Positions 45,617-55,931 of a stretch of DNA of 64,000 nucleotides are shown piece after piece. Under the pieces are notes generated by a model, which saw only the letters and a program-made list of their open reading frames with translations, was not told the origin of the DNA and ran no database searches. A program made the position numbers and the translations under genes. Position 1 is the stretch's first letter. Each line of letters opens with the position of its first letter. Source of the DNA: an uncultured Gemmatimonadales bacterium (GTDB taxonomy: Bacteria; Gemmatimonadota; Gemmatimonadetes; Gemmatimonadales; GWC2-71-9); contig CAVZZO010000001.1 of assembly GCA_963779755.1 (NCBI GenBank), positions 576,001 to 640,000 on the forward strand. The letters are read 5' to 3'.

Positions 45617-46258
45617 TCACCGCCGCAGGATCACATGCATAGCCCGCTCCCCCGGAACATGCTCCACACAGTGATAGCCGAGCGCTCGCAGGTCCAGCCC
45701 GCTCCAGAGCGGCTCCCCTGAGCCCAGCAGCACGGGGCGGATCGCCAGGTGCAGCTCGTCGATCAGCCGGGCCTGGAGATACTGCCGGATGGTGGCGACC
45801 CCGCCGCCGACGCGGACATCGCGGCCCCCCGCCGCCTCGCGGGCCTGATCCAGCGCGACCTCGATCCCTCCGGTCACGAACCGGAACTCCGTGCCGCCCT
45901 TCATGTGCAGGGGTGGCCGCGGGTAATGGGTCAGCACGAAGACCGGCGTGTGATAGGGCGGCTCCTCGCCCCACCAGCCGCGCCAGCTCTCGTCCGGCCA
46001 GGGGCCCCGAACGGGCCCGAACATGTTCCGGCCCAGGATCCAGGCGCCGAGGTTCTCGAAGCCGAGCTGGGCCATACGGTTGTCTGTCCCGGTCTCCCCC
46101 GCGCCCTGGCCGTGCATCCGCCGCCAGACATCGGTGCTGAAGAACCACTCCATCAGCTCCGGGCCGCGTACCCCCAGGGGGTGCTCCAGATCCTGGTCCG
46201 GTCCGGCGCCGTAGCCGTCCAGCGAGACGGCAAAACTGCGTACCAGCACTCTCGGCAT
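45617..46258 (-). CDS. Dihydrofolate reductase/RibD C-terminal family protein
   Basis: SLDGYGAGP, ILGRNMFGP, WWGEEPPYH, GGGVAT. Confidence 0.9.
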   Translation of the reverse strand: MPRVLVRSFAVSLDGYGAGPDQDLEHPLGVRGPELMEWFFSTDVWRRMHGQGAGETGTDNRMAQLGFENLGAWILGRNMFGPVRGPWPDESWRGWWGEEPPYHTPVFVLTHYPRPPLHMKGGTEFRFVTGGIEVALDQAREAAGGRDVRVGGGVATIRQYLQARLIDELHLAIRPVLLGSGEPLWSGLDLRALGYHCVEHVPGERAMHVILRR

Positions 46259-46301
46259 CCCTTGTTCCTCCGATGGAGTTCTGACGGCTGCGCAGCCATA
46301 C

Positions 46302-46327
46302 GACGAACGGGGAGGGCTGGATCGACC
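46302..46327 (-). promoter_or_regulatory. ECF42-like promoter GGTCGA-N16-CGTC
   Basis: Upstream of the DHFR-like gene; resembles 39168-39194. Confidence 0.5.
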
Positions 46328-46395
46328 GGCGGCTCCCCGCCGGGAGCACCGATTTGCTACGGCGGCTGGCGCCGCTCGCAATGGCGGCGATCCTG

Positions 46396-46420
46396 CACCG
46401 CTCACCGCTCACCGCTCACC
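46396..46420. repeat. Heptamer repeat (CACCGCT)x3 overlapping a stop codon
   Basis: caccgct caccgct caccgct cacc. Confidence 0.7.
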
Positions 46421-47410
46421 GGCCAGTACCTGCTCAATCCGCTCCAGCTCTTCGGCTGCGAACGACAGGTTGCGGGCCGCCTCCACGCAGTCGTCAATCT
46501 GGCTCACCCGACTGGCCCCGATGATGGCGGTGGTCACCACCGGCCGGCGCAGCACCCAGGCCAGCGCCATCTGGGCCAGCGTCTGGCCCCGCTCCTGCGC
46601 GATCCGGTTCAGCTTCTGCGCCATTTCGACCACCGCCGGCGTGATATCCGCTGGGCGGAGGAACCGGGGGTCATGCCCCGCGCGGGAGTCGGGCGGGATG
46701 CCCTGGAGGTAGCGGTCGGTGAGCAGCCCCTTGGCCAGCGGCGAGAACACGGCGCAGCCGATCCCTTCCTGCTCGAGCACGCCCAGCAGTTCCGGCTCCA
46801 CCCAGCGGTCGAGCATGCTGTAGCGCGGCTGGTGGATGAGACACGGGGTGCCCAGCTCGCGCAGCAGCCGCGAGGCGGCGATGGTGCGGTCGGCCGGGTA
46901 GCTGGAGATGCCGGCGTAGAGTGCCTTGCCGCTCCGCACCGCGTGGGCCAGGGCGCCCATGGTCTCTTCCAGCGGAGTATCGGGGTCGGGCCGGTGGGAG
47001 TAGAAGATGTCCACGTACTCCAGGCCCATTCTCTTCAGCGAGTGGTCCAGCGACGCCAGCAGGTATTTCCTCGAGCCGAAGTCGCCGTAGGGGCCGGGCC
47101 ACATATCGTAGCCGGCCTTGGTGCTGATGATCAACTCGTCCCGCCAGGGGGCCAGGTCTTCGCGCAGAATGCGCCCGAAGGTTTCCTCCGCCGAGCCCGC
47201 GGGCGGCCCGTAGTTGTTGGCCAGGTCAAAGTGGGTAATGCCGAGGTCGAACGCGTGGAGCACCATCGCCCGTGCGTTAGTATCGTCATCCACCCCGCCG
47301 AAGTTGTGCCACAGGCCGAGGGAGACGGGAGGGAGCAGGATGCCGGAGCGGCCGCAGCGGCGGAAGGAGCCTTGTCCGTCGTAGCGGGTGGGAGCAGGCG
47401 TACGTCTCAC
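46409..47410 (-). CDS. Aldo/keto reductase, L-glyceraldehyde 3-phosphate reductase (YghZ/Gpr) type
   Basis: SLGLWHNFG, HFDLANNYGP, STKAGYDMWPGPYG, YSHRPD. Confidence 0.93.
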   Translation of the reverse strand: MRRTPAPTRYDGQGSFRRCGRSGILLPPVSLGLWHNFGGVDDDTNARAMVLHAFDLGITHFDLANNYGPPAGSAEETFGRILREDLAPWRDELIISTKAGYDMWPGPYGDFGSRKYLLASLDHSLKRMGLEYVDIFYSHRPDPDTPLEETMGALAHAVRSGKALYAGISSYPADRTIAASRLLRELGTPCLIHQPRYSMLDRWVEPELLGVLEQEGIGCAVFSPLAKGLLTDRYLQGIPPDSRAGHDPRFLRPADITPAVVEMAQKLNRIAQERGQTLAQMALAWVLRRPVVTTAIIGASRVSQIDDCVEAARNLSFAAEELERIEQVLAGER

Positions 47411-48072
47411 TCCGCCTTGCTGCGCCATTCAGGCTTCCGCTCGGGGGTCGCGGCCGCCAGGGCTTTGCCCACCCCTTCGACGTCGTGGTCCGTGCCGTAG
47501 GCCGGCGAGCCGGGCTGCTGTCGCCACGACTCGTCGAGCCCGCCCGCGTCGACGCCGTCGAAGCCGAGCTCGTCGAGGAGCCGGATCACGACACCCTTGG
47601 CCCGTGGGTCGTCTCCCGCAACGGGGAGCGCGATCCGCCCCGGCGTACCCGCGGGCTGTCCCCGCTCCAGGAGATGCTGAGCGTAGATGTTGTTGAACGC
47701 CTTCACCACCGGCCGGCCGAGCTGCCGCGACACCCAGCGGGTCTCGGTCGTCCCGGCCTCGATCTCCGCGATGCGGCCGTCGCGCGTGGGGTAGTAGTTG
47801 CCGGTATCCACCACCACGACGTCCTCGGGGACGCCGTGGAAGAGGCCCTTCGGCAGGTCCGGGATGCTCTTGAGCGGGATGGAAACGACTACGACGTCTC
47901 CGCTCCGTGCGGCGTCGCGCACGGTCACCGGCGTCGCGCCGGTCTCCCTGGCCAGGTCAGTGAGGCTGTCGGGCCCCCGCGAGTTGGCGACGAAGACCTT
48001 GTGACCCAGCGCCGACAGGCGTCGCGTCAACGTCCCGCCGATGTGGCCCGATCCGATGATCCCGATCTTCAT
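47407..48072 (-). CDS. NADP oxidoreductase (F420-dependent family)
   Basis: MKIGIIGSGHIG, ANSRGP, DTGNYYP, VVKAFNN. Confidence 0.9.
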   Translation of the reverse strand: MKIGIIGSGHIGGTLTRRLSALGHKVFVANSRGPDSLTDLARETGATPVTVRDAARSGDVVVVSIPLKSIPDLPKGLFHGVPEDVVVVDTGNYYPTRDGRIAEIEAGTTETRWVSRQLGRPVVKAFNNIYAQHLLERGQPAGTPGRIALPVAGDDPRAKGVVIRLLDELGFDGVDAGGLDESWRQQPGSPAYGTDHDVEGVGKALAAATPERKPEWRSKAE

Positions 48073-48155
48073 GGCGCGCTCCTGCAGGAGGAAGGCCACG
48101 TTGCCGCTGGACCGTCAGAAAGGTGCCGGAGTCGCATTCCGGCGGTCAAGGGTGA

Positions 48156-49298
<1,143 letters not shown>

Positions 49299-49330
49299 GC
49301 GAACCCCTTGTCGGCTCCCGGAGTATGAAG

Positions 49331-49360
49331 CCACGGATTACACAGATCTACCCAGATTCG
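49331..49360. repeat. Single arm of the CAGATTAC element
   Basis: ccacggattacacagatctacccagattcg. Confidence 0.65.
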
Positions 49361-49445
49361 CACCCGTTGGCGAAGGGCTCCGCGGAGCACCGTCTGATTT
49401 CGGAAGCTCCTTTCAGTGCTTTCTTCCTGTAACAGCGGGAGTGCC

Positions 49446-50090
49446 ATGCGCATCGGTATCCTCGGTTCCGGCCTGATGGGCGGCAAACTCGGCACCATCT
49501 GGGCCCGGGCCGGACACGACGTGGTCTTCAGTTATTCGCGGAGCCGGCGGAAGCTCGACCGCCTGGCCCGGGAAGCAGGTCCCGGCGCCCGGGCCGGCAC
49601 TCCGCGGGAGGCCGCGGAGGGCGCGGACGCGGTTCTGCTGGCGGTGCACTGGCTGCGATTCGACGATGTGCTGAGGCAGGCGGACGATCTGGCGGGGCAG
49701 GTGGTCGTCAGCTGCTCGCTTCCCATGAACGCCGACGACACCCAGCTCGCAATCGGTCACACCTCCTCCGGCGCCGAGAAGCTGGCGAAGAAGCTGCCGG
49801 CGGCCCGGATCGTGTCCGCCTTCAATACCGTGCCGAGCGAGGTCCTTTTCGGCGTTTTCGGGGCGCGGCGGAAGAAGAATAAGCCGAGCCTGGTGTACTG
49901 CGGGGACGACGTGAAGGCGAAGAAGGTGGCGGTCCAGCTGATCCGCGACGCGGGGTTCGATCCGGTGGACGCCGGCCCGCTCCGGATCGCGCGGTTCACC
50001 GAGCCTTTCGCGCTGCTCGTCGCCCGGCTGGCGTATGAGGGGAAGGGAGGGCCGGAGCTGGCGTACCGGTTCGAGCGGTATGAGGGCTGA
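49446..50090 (+). CDS. NADPH-dependent F420 reductase family protein
   Basis: MRIGILGSGLMG, SGAE, VSAFNT, GFDPVDAG. Confidence 0.9.
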   Translation: MRIGILGSGLMGGKLGTIWARAGHDVVFSYSRSRRKLDRLAREAGPGARAGTPREAAEGADAVLLAVHWLRFDDVLRQADDLAGQVVVSCSLPMNADDTQLAIGHTSSGAEKLAKKLPAARIVSAFNTVPSEVLFGVFGARRKKNKPSLVYCGDDVKAKKVAVQLIRDAGFDPVDAGPLRIARFTEPFALLVARLAYEGKGGPELAYRFERYEG

Positions 50091-50096
50091 GGGTCC

Positions 50097-50410
50097 TCAT
50101 GGCCCCTCTGGAGGAGCGACGCTGCCGGGGGAGACGGCCTCCTCGACGATCGCGATGGCGTCGATGGAGCAGAGCAGCCCGTGGGGGAGCTGGACGATCG
50201 GTGTGTGCGCGCCGGCGGCGCTTCGGGAAAGAACTCGGCGAAGAGGGTGTTCAGGGTGGGGAACGCCCCGGCATCGGGCACGAAACAGGTCACCTTGACC
50301 ACCCGTGCGAGGCGGCTCCCGGCGTCCTCGAGCACTGCGGCAAGGTTGGCAAATGCCTGGCGTGCCTGCGCCTCGAAGGTATCACCGGCCACCCTGCCGG
50401 GCTCGAGGCC
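50097..50410 (-). pseudogene. 5'-truncated, frameshifted RidA (YjgF) family remnant
   Basis: EAQARQAFANLAAVLEDAG..VVKVTCFV..PPAR, shift near 50205, then PIVQLPHGLLCSIDAIA; 5' boundary approximate. Confidence 0.8.
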
Positions 50411-50761
50411 GCCGCGGGGAAGGGAACATCCCTGGCGTCCGCCGTGGGGGAGATGCTGAACACCCACACCGTGGCCGAGCTCGCCCTGGCCGACATGGTG
50501 CGCATCAACGGCGAGTATGGTTTCCGGCCGGGGCAGGCGATCACCAGCGCGATTCTCACGCGCAAGGCCCTGGCCACCGAGGCGGTGCAGCGGACCGTGG
50601 AACTGGCGGGTGAGCTGGTCGGCGGTGCCGGCCTCATCAAGGGGCATCCGGTCGAGCGCATTGTGCGCGACGTTCGCGCCATGCACTTCCATCCGCTGCC
50701 GGCCCGCCGTCAGCGCGGGTTCGCCGGCCGGGTGGCGCTGGGCCTCGATCCGGCGACCTGA
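50400..50761 (+). pseudogene. C-terminal remnant of an acyl-CoA dehydrogenase family gene
   Basis: KALATE..VELAGELVGGAG..VERIVRDVRAMHFHP; no N-terminal domains. Confidence 0.78.
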
Positions 50762-50951
50762 TGCGTCTGCCTCACCCTCGACGCCGTGGCGGCATGGCCA
50801 CCTCTCCCCTTCCTCTCGGGAAGGGGAGGGAACCGGAAGCTCGTAGTCCCGTCCCTTTCGGCCTTCCTTCCCGGCCGCTAACCGTTCTACAGCGGACCCC
50901 GGCGCCTGCGCCCACCGGTGAACAGGCGTTGCCCTGGTCGGGATATCCGGA

Positions 50952-51515
50952 TCAGACTCTCAGGCAGGCCCGGAATCCTCTGGCGGCGTAGTAGGATTCG
51001 GCTCCGTTATGATACACGAAGACGTGGTCGTAGCGACGATCGCAGAAGAGCGCACCGCCCAGTTCCCGGATCCCGGGCGGGGTCTTTATCCAGCTCGATG
51101 TCTTTGTGTCGAACTCGCCCAGTGTCTGCAGCTGCCGGTACTGCTCCTCAGTCAGCAGTTCGATACCCAGGGCCGCGGCCACATCCACGGCGCTGTTCAC
51201 CGGCTTGTGCTGCTTTCTCGATTCCAGCGCCTCGCGATCGTAACACAGGCTCCTGCGCCCTTTCGGGCTTTCCGCCGCACAATCATAGAAGATGTATCCG
51301 CCGCTCTCCCGGTCCTGACCGACGACATCCGGCTCGCCGCCGGTCTGTTCCATTTCGTGGAGTGACCACAGTTTCCCGGCTTCGGCCTCCAGCCGGGCCT
51401 GGATATCAGGCCAGTCGAGGTCTTCATGCCGTTGCGTATGCTTTGCAAAGCGGGCCTTCAGGACCTCGAGCAGTTTCTTCTGTTCCCCTGGTTTCAAGCC
51501 TTTGGTCGCGTGCAT
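50952..51515 (-). CDS. DUF4256 family protein
   Basis: MEQTGGEPDVV, ESPKGRRSLCYD, FDTKTSSW, RGFR. Confidence 0.88.
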   Translation of the reverse strand: MHATKGLKPGEQKKLLEVLKARFAKHTQRHEDLDWPDIQARLEAEAGKLWSLHEMEQTGGEPDVVGQDRESGGYIFYDCAAESPKGRRSLCYDREALESRKQHKPVNSAVDVAAALGIELLTEEQYRQLQTLGEFDTKTSSWIKTPPGIRELGGALFCDRRYDHVFVYHNGAESYYAARGFRACLRV

Positions 51516-51955
51516 GTCTGTCGTCGCCTTTCCGCTGGCGGTGCCATCATTCGCGCCGGGCACGGGGCCGGTCGATAGGCGGAAACGCCGGTACGAGTGC
51601 CGTCCTTCAGGCGTTGGAATATGCGGGCCTGGGGCCGCGGTGCCAACGCGGTGATATCGACCTACCTCCCCACCCCCCTCGGACCTGACCCTCTGTCCCT
51701 CCCTCGCCCCATCTGGATGCCTCGATCACAACACACAAGAAGGAAGTCCCGCGGACCTCGGCGCCTCCTGCGCCCTCCTGTGAACAGACGCCGCCCGGGT
51801 TGGGATGTCTCTTATTGATGACGAACTGTGACGGGTCTGAATCCCTGTTCGGGGTCTCCGCGGGTTGCCGGGCCTCGTCCAATTCCAAATATTCGGTGGT
51901 ACCGGCTCTTGCCGGCGTTGAAGAGTTACGTACCACACAGCAGTGGGAGGTCATC

Positions 51956-52441
51956 ATGGCAGCGAACACACAAGCGATCCCCAAGGGGTACCATACGATC
52001 ACGCCGAGCCTCATCGTCGCCGACGCGGCGAAGGCGATTGATTTCTACAAGAAGGCGCTGGGTGCCGAGGAGAAGTCGCGCTTCCCGGGGCCCAACGGAC
52101 GGATCATGCACGCCGAGCTCCGGATCGGCGACTCTCCCCTGATGCTGGGCGAAGAGATGCCGGAACAGGGCGCCAAGGGCCCCAAGGCGTATGGCGGCAC
52201 GCCGGTCAGCTTCTTTCTGTACACGGAGAATGTGGACGCGGCGTGGAAGCGGGCGGTCGATGCCGGGGGCAAGACCGTCATGCCGCTGGAAGACCAGTTC
52301 TGGGGCGATCGGGCCGGGTGTTTCGAGGACCCGGCCGGCCACCAGTGGTGGCTGGCGCAGCACATCAGGGACCTGACGCCGGAAGAGATGAAGAAGAGTG
52401 CGGACGAGTTCTTCGCGCACGCGGGGTCGGCGTCGCGCTGA
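51956..52441 (+). CDS. VOC/PhnB-like family protein
   Basis: IPKGYHTITP, AIDFYKKALGA, MHAEL, DQFWGDR, DPAGHQW. Confidence 0.92.
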   Translation: MAANTQAIPKGYHTITPSLIVADAAKAIDFYKKALGAEEKSRFPGPNGRIMHAELRIGDSPLMLGEEMPEQGAKGPKAYGGTPVSFFLYTENVDAAWKRAVDAGGKTVMPLEDQFWGDRAGCFEDPAGHQWWLAQHIRDLTPEEMKKSADEFFAHAGSASR

Positions 52442-52478
52442 GCGCCATCGCCGCTCACTATTTACCGTTTGACCCTCA

Positions 52479-52516
52479 CCCCCTGCCCCCTTCCCTGTTG
52501 GGAAGGGGGCAGGGGG
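52479..52516. terminator. Perfect 17-bp stem hairpin between convergent genes (REP-like or terminator)
   Basis: CCCCCTGCCCCCTTCCC-tgtt-GGGAAGGGGGCAGGGGG. Confidence 0.6.
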
Positions 52517-52665
52517 ACCGACGGTTCGTGCGCACCGGAACACCTTCACAAAATTGCTTCGGCGGCTGGTGCCACCTCGCAATGGCAGTAAGCATTTCTT
52601 CCCGCTCCGCTGAGTACGCAGGGTTTGGGCCGATCTGCAGCCTCGCGCCGGAGTCCCGTCCCGCA

Positions 52666-53736
52666 TCAGGGCGTAAGGCGTGTGTATCCCAGATCGAGGA
52701 ACGCGTTATCACCCGGAATGTGGTAATGCACCAGGAAGCCGTCGGGCTGAAGGGTTGCGGTATGTTCCAGGTGTGGGCCGATAAGCTCTGACAGCATCGT
52801 CAGGTTTCCGCTCGCGTCCACCACCGTGACCAGCCCGTTATCGTGTTCACCGATGATCTGCAACCGAAGCTCGCGCTGCACCGTGTTTCCCGTGCGAAAG
52901 ACATGATACTGCGAGAATCGCACGCCAAGCCGGTATCGCTCCTGCAACAGCCCCGACAGCACCAGGAATCCGGAATCCGCGTATACCTCGTCGAACTCCT
53001 TCACACCGTTGAATTCCACGGAGTCCGCCGCCACCAGCACGGGAAGCGGGGAACCGTTGAAGCGCGTCAGCACAAAGGGCGTATCCGCCACCACGACCCC
53101 CACACGCGCCGTTCCCACCACGCCGTCCACATTCCCGTGGATCGTCGTCGCTCCCGGCCCCTCGGCGGCCAGAAGCCCGGTGTCGATCGAGCCGATCGAC
53201 CCGGGCCCCAGGATGGCTGCGACCTGGGTGTTGTCCGAAGTGAATGTGACGGCGCGGCCGGTGATCGGCCGGCCGCCCTGGCCCAGGACCCGGACGGCCA
53301 CCGTCACACGGTCGCCGCGTCCCATGCTCAGACTGTCCGGCAGCAGCTCCACCTGCTTCACGACCAGCCGGCCGATCACCAGATCGTACACACCGGCCGC
53401 CGTGCCGCTGCGGGCACTGATGCGCACGGTGCCCGGCTGCCGAAGCGAGAGCAGGCCCTCGCCGATGACACTCGCGAGGATGGTGTCGCCGACCGCCCAG
53501 GTCACCGGCGCGTCGGTTACCTCGGCGCCGGCCGTGTCAAAGACCTGCGCGGTCAGCCGCACGGTATCGCCCTCGAAGGCGCTGTCTGCGACCGGTACGA
53601 TGCTGAGTGCCCGACCAGGAAGGTGTGGGGCAGCAACGTCGCTGCAGGAGAGCGTCGCGACGGCGGCCACCAGCGCGGATACCGCCCGAACGGCGGCCCT
53701 GGCCGGGCCTGGCCGGATCGAGGAGGGCGAACTCAT
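52666..53736 (-). CDS. Lipoprotein with two Big_2/Ig-like domains
   Basis: TLSC lipobox; VTWAVGD..ASV, VTFTSDNTQVA, G.TTI. Confidence 0.8.
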   Translation of the reverse strand: MSSPSSIRPGPARAAVRAVSALVAAVATLSCSDVAAPHLPGRALSIVPVADSAFEGDTVRLTAQVFDTAGAEVTDAPVTWAVGDTILASVIGEGLLSLRQPGTVRISARSGTAAGVYDLVIGRLVVKQVELLPDSLSMGRGDRVTVAVRVLGQGGRPITGRAVTFTSDNTQVAAILGPGSIGSIDTGLLAAEGPGATTIHGNVDGVVGTARVGVVVADTPFVLTRFNGSPLPVLVAADSVEFNGVKEFDEVYADSGFLVLSGLLQERYRLGVRFSQYHVFRTGNTVQRELRLQIIGEHDNGLVTVVDASGNLTMLSELIGPHLEHTATLQPDGFLVHYHIPGDNAFLDLGYTRLTP

Positions 53737-54012
53737 ACGGGGGTATCCTGTTGATGTCTCATGCTGCAACCACCGTTAGAAGGATGACGCACGGCTGCCC
53801 GGGTACCGCATTCAGCTGCGGCAATTGCAGCCCCAAGACGCACAGCAACCTCGGATTGTTCCAATCTGCCGGCCGCTTCCCCGGGTCCCCTCCCCCCCCT
53901 GCGAGACCGCGCGTCGTTGCTGCCCGGCTCCGCAGGGCGGTGCCGGGTAACCCCGGCAACCGCGTGGCGGTGACCGTCATACACGCCAGCACCGCTTGAC
54001 CCGATTGACGAC

Positions 54013-55284
54013 TCACCGGACCACCACCCGTCCGGTCATTTGCGGGTGCAGGGCACAGAAATAGTCGTAGGTGCCGGACTTCCCGAAGGTGGTCGAGAAC
54101 TGCTGACCGGTATCCAGCACCTTGGAGGGCGCGAACTTGTGATCGGAGCTCGTCACGAGGTGCGGCACATCATCACGGTTGATCCAGGTAAGCGGAGTTC
54201 CGCGCTCCACCGTGATGGTTGCGGGAGTGAATGCGAAGTTATCGATGGCCACCTGATTCCTGCCCGGCTTGAGCGGAGCGTGCGCGCCGCTCGCACCCAT
54301 CGCCCCGCGTGCAAAGTCGCCCAGCGGATTGCCCGACAGCGTCTGGTCTACCGTAGCGAGCGTGCCGTTGCCCTCGACATAGGTGACGTGGCGAATACCG
54401 AGGTAGTCGCGCAGCTCGCCGGCATCCACCGTCATCGGCCCCGGGGAGGGGGCGGTTCCGGGCGCCGGCTGCGGGAACGCGGTGGAGAGGGCGGTGTGGA
54501 AAGCCACGTTTCCCTCCACCTTCTGCATGACCTGGTGGATGTGCCCGTTGAGCACGGTGACGCTGCCGAACCGGCGGAGCAGGGCGAGCGCCTGCTGGCT
54601 GTCATCCGTGCCCCATCCCCATTCCGGATAGACGGTCCAGAGCGGGACATGGGCGAACACCACGATCGGGGTGCTGGCGGAGAGCCGCGACAGGTCGCGG
54701 CGGAGCCAGTCGATCTGCGCCCGGCCCAGGGCGCCCAGGCCGCCGGCCTTGAGATTGAGCACGTTCACCAGGCCGATGAAATGCACGCCGCTATGGTCGA
54801 AGCTGTACCACCCATCGCCCACGGCGCCCTTGCCGTAGCGCTGCCGGTATTGGCCGCCGTTGTCCGTCAGCACGTCATGCTCGCCCGGCACATAGAAGAC
54901 CCGTTCCGTCTTCAGGCCGCGGAGCACCTGGTCGGCGGTGTCGAATTCACCGGGTTTGGAGAGGTGTGAGATATCGCCGGTGTGCAGCACAAATGCCGGC
55001 CGGTAGCGCAGGGCATTGAGCCGGTTCACGGCCGCCTGCAGCGTAGCGGTTACATCGGCGTTGGCGGCCTTGTTGAAACCGATATGGCTGTCGCTGATCT
55101 GGGCAAAGAGGAGAGTGCGCTGCTCCTCCGCGCTCAGCGGGCCCGGCTTGCCGAGGGACACCGCCCGGGGCACTCCGCCGGACATGACCCAGACCAGCCC
55201 GGTTCCCGCCCAGGCCATGCACTTGAGAAATCCCCGGCGGTCCACACTGTCGTCGTTGTGGTCGTGTTCGATATAATTTGACAT
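54013..55284 (-). CDS. Tat-exported metallophosphoesterase fused to a type-1 cupredoxin
   Basis: DRRGFL; DSH, TGD, GEHD, AH, GHIH; C-terminal PH...CALHPQM. Confidence 0.9.
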   Translation of the reverse strand: MSNYIEHDHNDDSVDRRGFLKCMAWAGTGLVWVMSGGVPRAVSLGKPGPLSAEEQRTLLFAQISDSHIGFNKAANADVTATLQAAVNRLNALRYRPAFVLHTGDISHLSKPGEFDTADQVLRGLKTERVFYVPGEHDVLTDNGGQYRQRYGKGAVGDGWYSFDHSGVHFIGLVNVLNLKAGGLGALGRAQIDWLRRDLSRLSASTPIVVFAHVPLWTVYPEWGWGTDDSQQALALLRRFGSVTVLNGHIHQVMQKVEGNVAFHTALSTAFPQPAPGTAPSPGPMTVDAGELRDYLGIRHVTYVEGNGTLATVDQTLSGNPLGDFARGAMGASGAHAPLKPGRNQVAIDNFAFTPATITVERGTPLTWINRDDVPHLVTSSDHKFAPSKVLDTGQQFSTTFGKSGTYDYFCALHPQMTGRVVVR

Positions 55285-55313
55285 GATCATCATCCCTCTG
55301 AGGGTCCGGTGGA

Positions 55314-55374
55314 GTGGACCCCGGGCGAGGGCCGTTTATTCCGGGGGAATACGGGGAGCGATTGGCCGGTCCAC
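55314..55374. promoter_or_regulatory. Back-to-back ECF promoters GGAATA-N17-GTCCAC on both strands
   Basis: Plus strand 55346-55374; minus strand 55342-55314. Confidence 0.8.
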
Positions 55375-55403
55375 CTGATGATGACACCAGGTCCCTGGAG
55401 GCC

Positions 55404-55931
55404 GTGACGGAGCGTGAGGACGCTGCCGGCGCGTTCGAGCGCGCGGTCCTGCCGTACCTCGACGACGCCTATGCCGTCGCGCGCTATCTGCTGCGCGATG
55501 AGCATGACGCCCAGGACGCGGTGCAGGACGCCTACCTGCGCGCCCTGCGCTACTACGATCCCGCGGTTGTGGTGGATGCGCGGGCCTGGTTGCTGACGAT
55601 CGTCCGCCGGTGCTGTTTCGACTGGCGCGCGCGCTGGCATGGCAAGACCCCCATGGCCGGAGAGCCCGCCCTGCTGAACTTTCCCGATCCTTCCCCCGGG
55701 CCGGAGGCGACGGCGACCGCTTCCGCCCTCAGGGACCTGGTCACGTCGGCGCTGGAATCGCTTCCGCCCGATCACCGGGAGATCCTGATCCTTCGCGAGC
55801 TGCAGCAGCTCTCCTATCGCGAGATCGCCCAGGTGGTGGGGCTGCCGATCGGTACCGTGATGTCGCGCCTGTCGCGGGCCAGGCGTAGCCTGCAACGTGT
55901 TCTGGGCGACGTGGTGGAGGCGGCGGGCTGA
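55404..55931 (+). CDS. ECF sigma-70 factor
   Basis: DAQDAVQDAYLRA, RAWLLTIVR, LSYREIA..PIGTVMSRLSRAR; start placed downstream of the promoter. Confidence 0.93.
   Translation: MTEREDAAGAFERAVLPYLDDAYAVARYLLRDEHDAQDAVQDAYLRALRYYDPAVVVDARAWLLTIVRRCCFDWRARWHGKTPMAGEPALLNFPDPSPGPEATATASALRDLVTSALESLPPDHREILILRELQQLSYREIAQVVGLPIGTVMSRLSRARRSLQRVLGDVVEAAG

Noticed and set aside
44600..45721. Short Cys-rich ORFs (ICVICVIC, NLCHLCNL) as peptides or RiPP precursors
   Set aside because: They are translations of the 9-mer arms in several frames; no SD and no modifying enzymes nearby.
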